Of a stretch of DNA of 64,000 bases, positions 60,601-64,000 are shown in pieces. Both the position numbers and the translations under genes were made by a program. The notes below the pieces were generated by a model that was not told the DNA's origin, did not search any database, and saw only the letters and a list, made by a program, of their open reading frames with translations. Within the stretch, counting starts at the first letter, position 1, and every line of letters begins with the position of its first letter. Origin of the DNA: Podarcis filfolensis (Eukaryota); assembly GCA_964270895.1 (NCBI GenBank), contig OZ185442.1; one strand, given 5' to 3'.

Positions 60601-63146
60601 CCAGGAGTCAGACCAGGCCCAGGGTTGCTTAGCTATAGCAAAGTGGTGAGTTCTTGTGTCTTCAGACCTTATTCTGGGATTAACTCACATTCCAAATCAG
60701 TTCTTTCATTCTGCTTCAGGTGAGAGGTGTTATTTACATTTTGCTTCCCTTCCAAGCTCCATTCGGTGCTCCCTATATCTCTCCAGAATACATCAGCCCT
60801 CCCTCCATCTCCTTATTTTGTACCAGCCTCGTCAGCTTTCCTTTATCGCCTGCTGCATCCTACCCAATTCTCTGCTCGCTTTCAGAGATTTATCCCAGTA
60901 ACTGATGGCTCAACACAAATGCTGCCCACATACATTATTCTGTCAATTGTTGTCAAACAACAAACTAACCTGCACAGTCAATTCCTTCCAACTCTGGCTT
61001 ACTGCTGATTCTCCTTCTTTAGATAACCCAGTTTTTACTGTGGCATACCATGGCCCTTGTTTTAATTGTAACCTACCCTGGGCCTTAGGGGTGAAGGGCG
61101 AGAATGAACATATATATATATATGATCCCAATGCCAGTTCTGAGAAGGGGTAGGCGGGCTCTTTACACGTGTACACAAGGAGGCATGGTTACACCTGGTC
61201 TTTTTAAGGCTCAGAGGAGATTACTTTTTTAAAAAGCTGTGTTTTCCCTCTGCTCTTTTTTGAAGAAGTTCAGGGCAGTGAAAATGGGTTATGTAGGTCA
61301 GCTCAAGGTTAAGGCTTGATCAAGACCATCTCGTGAGCTTCCTGGCTGATTTGTGCTTGGGTGGTGCCCATATCCAAGCACAATCTGAGGGGCCACAAGG
61401 AAGACTGGTCCTCAGGTGCAGACCTCTGCCATCTACATGCCACAAGGTGCCCAGAATAGGTCACTTCGCCCTGCTACACCCCTACAGGGAGGGAAAAGAG
61501 GCACACTCTGAAACTCTTCTTTCTTTCACAACATTTCTATACTGCTTGATAAAATCTCAAAGCAGTTTAAAGGTAAAGGTAAAGGGACCCCGACCATTAT
61601 GTCCAGTCGTGGCCGACTCTGGGGTTGCGGCGCTCATCTTGCTTTATTGGCCGAGGGAGCCGGTGTACAGCTTCCAGGTCATGTGGCCAGCATGACTAAG
61701 CAGCTGCTGGCAAAGCAGAGCAGCGCACCGAAACGCCGTTTACCTTCCCGCCGGAGTGGTACCTATTTATCTACTTGCACTTTTGACGTGCTTTCGAACT
61801 GCTAGGTTGGCAGGAGCAAGGACTGAGCAACGGGAGCTCACCCCGTTGCGGGGATTCGAACCGCCGACCTTCTGATTGGCAAGTCCTAGGCTCTGTGGTT
61901 TAACCCACAGCGCCACCCACGTCCCTTCAAAGCAGTTTAGAAACATAATAGAATGATCAGTAATAACAACAACAACAGGTAAAAGCAAATATTTAAAACA
62001 TTCAAAAATAATAAATAGCAACAATAAACTAAACCAGATTAAAACACATGACAGCTTCTACATGTCTGGAAAGACTGCCACTTGCCTGAACAAAAACATT
62101 CTTAGCAGGGAACTAAAAGGTGCACTGATGGCCCCTGCCCAATGTCAGTGAAACTCATTTATAGGTAACTTTTGAGGGCTCCTGCCTCGCTGCCTCCAGA
62201 AGCCCATTTCCCCCGCAACTGTAACACCCACCCAGAAATGAAGGAAGTGCCACTTAAAAGAGGGCCCTATTTATCACAGGGCCTTCGAATGAGCATTGCT
62301 AGAAAAGCAGGATGATTGCTCTTCCCCTCATGGTGATCCCACAAGCATGTCTGGATTAGCAGAGATCAGCAGGGGGATTGCCAATGACCACGTAAGACCC
62401 CACCATGAAATTAATCTCTCTCTCTAAGCACCACAAGCTCAGGGTTTCCCAGATGCTGACTGGAACTTGGTTCAGAATGCAACACATATTTTATCCGCTG
62501 CTTCCACCCCACCTCTTGTTTGGCTGTTTTATTACTATTGTTTATTACCAATGTGACCTGCCTCAAATGCTTCCTCAGAAGTGAGAAGGCGACATAACAA
62601 ATCCTCTAATATATTTTTCCTCAGGAAAACATATTTATTGCTAAAAAATTAAAAGCCTTTGCAACTCACTGCCACAAGATGTGGCGATAGCCACTAAACT
62701 TAGTACCACAGTAGGGTCACCCATGGGAATGTCACAGAAACAGAAAGAAACACACATAGCAATTCTTGCTCCATCTATGATATTTGAACGTGTCCCTCTT
62801 GAATGTTTCCCAGGGGCACCTGTTTGGCTGTTGCAGGTGGAAACCAAGCACAGGGCTAGATTGAGTGTGAGTACAAAGAGGGATTAAAAGTATGTTGTGG
62901 GGTAACTGCAGCACTGTAAGTGATCCTGAGTAAACGGAAAGGGACCATGGGCCTGCCAGTTTGGTGGTGAGTTTTTCCCCACAGGCATTGTTCTGCTCTC
63001 TGCCATTGGCTGTGCGACATGGCTGGTTTTGCAGTCAGCTAGTTTTTAGTCCATAAAGCTCCCACAACATACCTCGTGTGTTGGTGGCCATGTCTGCCAC
63101 TTTCTGGAAGGCATCCAGGAAGGCCACTGCAGCCAGGACAGTAGTC
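34921..63146 (-). CDS. MTSS2: MTSS I-BAR domain containing 2 (MTSS1L/ABBA), spliced CDS exons 3-15; exons 1-2 beyond window end
   Basis: 13 GT-AG exons with consistent phases encode the IMD/I-BAR (TTVLAAVAFLDAFQKVADMATNTRG...), a Ser-rich middle and a C-terminal WH2 (EDMLVAIRRGVRLRRTITNDRSAPRFL*). KELLGKGD, KSSSSASSE and DWSK fit MTSS2 rather than MTSS1. Confidence 0.97.
36020..36185 (-). CDS. MTSS2: MTSS2 exon 14 (166 nt)
   Basis: atcag|CAT GGG GAG...TCG CAA G|gtatct; HGEEVSP...SSRDSLQYSSGYS...DTIPSQ. Confidence 0.95.
36570..36802. mobile_element. Tc1/mariner (Tigger-like) MITE
   Basis: Perfect TIRs CAGTGGTACCTCGGGTTA / TAACCCGAGGTACCACTG, TA TSDs, internal TAACCTGAAGC repeats. Confidence 0.9.
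37413..37589 (-). CDS. MTSS2: MTSS2 exon 13 (177 nt)
   Basis: ttgcag|GAT TGG TCC...GCC AAG|gtatag; DWSKASLYEQP...TLQRRKDRVE...IAAK. Confidence 0.93.
39392..39466 (-). CDS. MTSS2: MTSS2 exon 12 (75 nt; possibly 120 nt with a distal donor at 39347)
   Basis: ggcag|AAG TCC TCC...ACC TCG|gtcagt; KSSSSASSEASETCQSVSECNSPTS. Confidence 0.92.
39572..39627. repeat. (AG)n microsatellite, about 28 units
   Basis: Direct reading. Confidence 0.95.
41061..41271 (-). CDS. MTSS2: MTSS2 exon 11 (211 nt)
   Basis: ctttag|C GGT GCT AGC...AGT CAG|gtaagc; ...YRSLAQP...RLSSVSSHDSGF...DLTSQ. Confidence 0.9.
42125..42222 (-). CDS. MTSS2: MTSS2 exon 10 (98 nt)
   Basis: ttgcag|GTG ATC AAA GAT...TGC AG|gtaggt; VIKDLKGSDYSWSYQTPPSSP...KSSMC. 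Confidence 0.94.
42672..43404. mobile_element. Tc1/mariner-pogo (Tc2-like) non-autonomous element with an internal GC-rich tandem array
   Basis: TIRs CCGTATTTTTCGCACCATAGGACGCAC / GTGCGTCCTATAGTGCGAAAAATACGG; TA TSDs at 42670-71 and 43405-06. Confidence 0.9.
42781..43150. repeat. About 3.4 tandem copies of a 107-108-bp GC-rich unit
   Basis: GCTGTCCC(T/C)GGAGCTTGCGGGGC starts at 42781, 42889, 42997 and 43104. Confidence 0.9.
43784..43891 (-). CDS. MTSS2: MTSS2 exon 9 (108 nt)
   Basis: ttgcag|AAT GGA GAG...GAA CAG|gtggga; NGEITMLGEITHLQG...SASEQ. Confidence 0.95.
43955..44013 (+). mobile_element. Truncated CR1-type tail
   Basis: ATTCCTGCATTGCAGTGGGCTGGACTAGATGGCCC...GATTCTATGAT. Confidence 0.65.
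44944..45101 (-). CDS. MTSS2: MTSS2 exon 8 (158 nt)
   Basis: ttcag|GT AAA GGG GAC...GTG GTG|gtaggt; KGDLQPQLDNALQDV...AYLQPVV. Confidence 0.95.
46520..46900 (+). mobile_element. Old L2-like LINE 3' fragment
   Basis: Degenerate H-L-A-P-L-L-K-R-L-C-W-L-P motif (L2 HITPLLKxLHWLP-like) followed by a pyrimidine-rich region. Confidence 0.5.
48821..49056. mobile_element. hAT-type MITE with internal triplicated ATGAAGTGAAGGGCCAT
   Basis: CAGTGGTGTCCAAAC...TTCGGACATGCCTG ends; TSD ccataagc/tcataagc. Confidence 0.75.
49424..49559. mobile_element. Short palindromic hAT-type MITE
   Basis: CAGGCATAGGCAAACTC / GAGTTTGCCCATGCCTG TIRs; exact 8-bp TSD CAATACAT. Confidence 0.88.
50578..50586 (-). CDS. MTSS2: MTSS2 9-nt microexon (ELL)
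   Basis: Long C/T tract then cctgtag|AGCTACTTG|gtaagt; gives ...ARK-ELL-GKGD as in human MTSS2. Confidence 0.88.
52185..52259 (-). CDS. MTSS2: MTSS2 exon 6 (75 nt)
   Basis: cttag|AA TAC AAA CGA...CGC AAA G|gtaaga; YKRARHEIKKKSSDTLKLQKKARK. Confidence 0.95.
52524..52615 (-). CDS. MTSS2: MTSS2 exon 5 (92 nt)
   Basis: tgcag|C GCC CTG ATG...GCG AAA G|gtaaaa; ALMESLINPLQDRIEDWKK...DHAK. Confidence 0.95.
52929..53013 (-). CDS. MTSS2: MTSS2 exon 4 (85 nt)
   Basis: ctcag|GA GCC ACG AGG GAC...TTT ACC AA|gtaagt; ATRDIGSALTRMCMRHRSIETKLRQFT. Confidence 0.95.
54575..54847 (+). mobile_element. RTE-clade LINE 3' end (5'-truncated)
   Basis: C-terminal C2H2 motif CPHCGRTCGSRIGLHSHLRTHC*, short 3'UTR, GAA-type tail. 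Confidence 0.8.
59354..59425 (-). mobile_element. BovB/Sauria-type 3' tail
   Basis: Minus strand reads TGGCGTGCTCTGGTCCATGGGGTCAC...GGACACGACTAAAC...(CAA)n. Confidence 0.75.
60505..60670 (-). mobile_element. 5S rRNA-derived SINE, degenerate (not a functional 5S gene)
   Basis: TTCCCAGGTGGTTTCCCATCCA...ACCAGGCCC...TGCTTAGCT aligns to reverse-complemented 5S rRNA with many mismatches; A-rich L2-like tail. Confidence 0.65.
61570..61926 (-). mobile_element. Full-length Sauria SINE (Squam1)
   Basis: tRNA-like head GGGACGTGGGTGGCGCTGTGG...GGTTCGAATCCC, tail (ACCTTT)n; 13-bp TSD TCAAAGCAGTTTA at 61557-61569 and 61927-61939. Confidence 0.92.
63073..63146 (-). CDS. MTSS2: MTSS2 exon 3 (74 nt)
   Basis: ttttag|G ACT ACT GTC...ACA CGA G|gtatgt. 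Confidence 0.95.
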
Positions 63147-63161
63147 CTAAAACATAAGGAC

Positions 63162-63182
63162 AGAGAGAGAGAGAGAGAGAGA
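63162..63182. repeat. (AG)n microsatellite forming the (TC)n polypyrimidine tract of MTSS2 exon 3
   Basis: Direct reading; lies about 15-35 nt upstream of the acceptor on the minus strand. Confidence 0.9.
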
Positions 63183-64000
63183 TCAGAGGGTTGGCGGTCT
63201 TCACGCAGGAACAGCACAAGCCATTTTGCCATCTCAAAGGGCTGGATGGGTGCAACAAGTGAGTAGGCCTCATCTCATCCCTTCACGGCCGGACCTGCAT
63301 TATTAGCACTTAGGCCTAAACCTGCAATGCTGCCAAGACTCAGGTAATCAAAAGTACAACTGGGCTAATAATTCTGAGAAAACCGAATCTTGTTTGCTTC
63401 TAAAATCTTGAGGACATCCAGTGCCTCTTGCACAACTCTCCTCAGTTACCCTATTTAACAAATGATTTAAAGCCCACACTGTCAGCCTGTGGTCTGGAGA
63501 ACTCTTGAAATTCCTCTGAAGCTTATCAGGGTCCCTGAGCGGCAGAGCGGTCCAGAAAGACTACGGGCTGACCACAGCTGACCTTCTACCAACATCGCAC
63601 ACACACCCCATTACATGTACCCACCTTGCAAAGGAGCACACTGTGTGTTTCAGTGCATACTCTGGGCTCTGTGGACACAGGCTGGCTGCAAGGCCAAGAC
63701 AGTCAAGCTAGCAACCTGGGGATTCCATGTGCCAAACGGCTCAGAGGCATGGAGAGAGTCCCATGACACATCCACGTGCACTGATGTTAAAAAGCCTGCA
63801 TGTGACGGATCCTTACCCTAACTTCTAGGCCAAGCCAAACACCACACACCTGTCTTAGGTAGATCTTAAAGAACCAATCACAGCAATCACTCTCAGGTGC
63901 CTTGCCCCCAGGAAATTGGGAGGCTAGGTGGAAAACCTACAATTTTCTTTTTGTGGGGGATGGGCAGCATTTCTCTCAAGAATGAACTTAACCAGCTCAA

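Noticed and set aside
60573-60668. 5S rRNA-like sequence
   Set aside because: Too diverged and joined to a LINE-type tail, so it is a SINE head rather than an rRNA gene.

Overview
Vertebrate genomic DNA, most likely a squamate (probably lacertid) lizard, judged from a Sauria/Squam1 SINE, a Squam2-like SINE, a BovB tail and lizard-type MITEs. The window holds two convergent genes. On +, SF3B3 has 24 coding exons (exons 3-26 by human numbering, 172..28304), all GT-AG with consistent phases; its first coding exon lies upstream of the window. Its introns 3 and 6 host two box C/D snoRNAs of the SNORD111 family. On -, MTSS2 (MTSS1L/ABBA) has 13 coding exons (exons 3-15, 63146..34921), including a 9-nt microexon missing from the ORF track, and a probable 3.8-kb 3'UTR ending near 31150; exons 1-2 lie beyond the window end. 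Only about 2.3 kb separates the two predicted poly(A) signals, and I find no IL34 there, although IL34 lies between these genes in human. The rest is intron with TE fragments. Notable items: apparent IL34 absence, alternative-splicing features in MTSS2 shared with its paralog MTSS1, candidate poison exons in SF3B3 intron 11, and a CpG-rich MITE carrying an array of palindromic 108-bp units. Comparisons with human or chicken sequences are from memory and need confirming by alignment. No prokaryote-type systems (CRISPR etc.) were seen.
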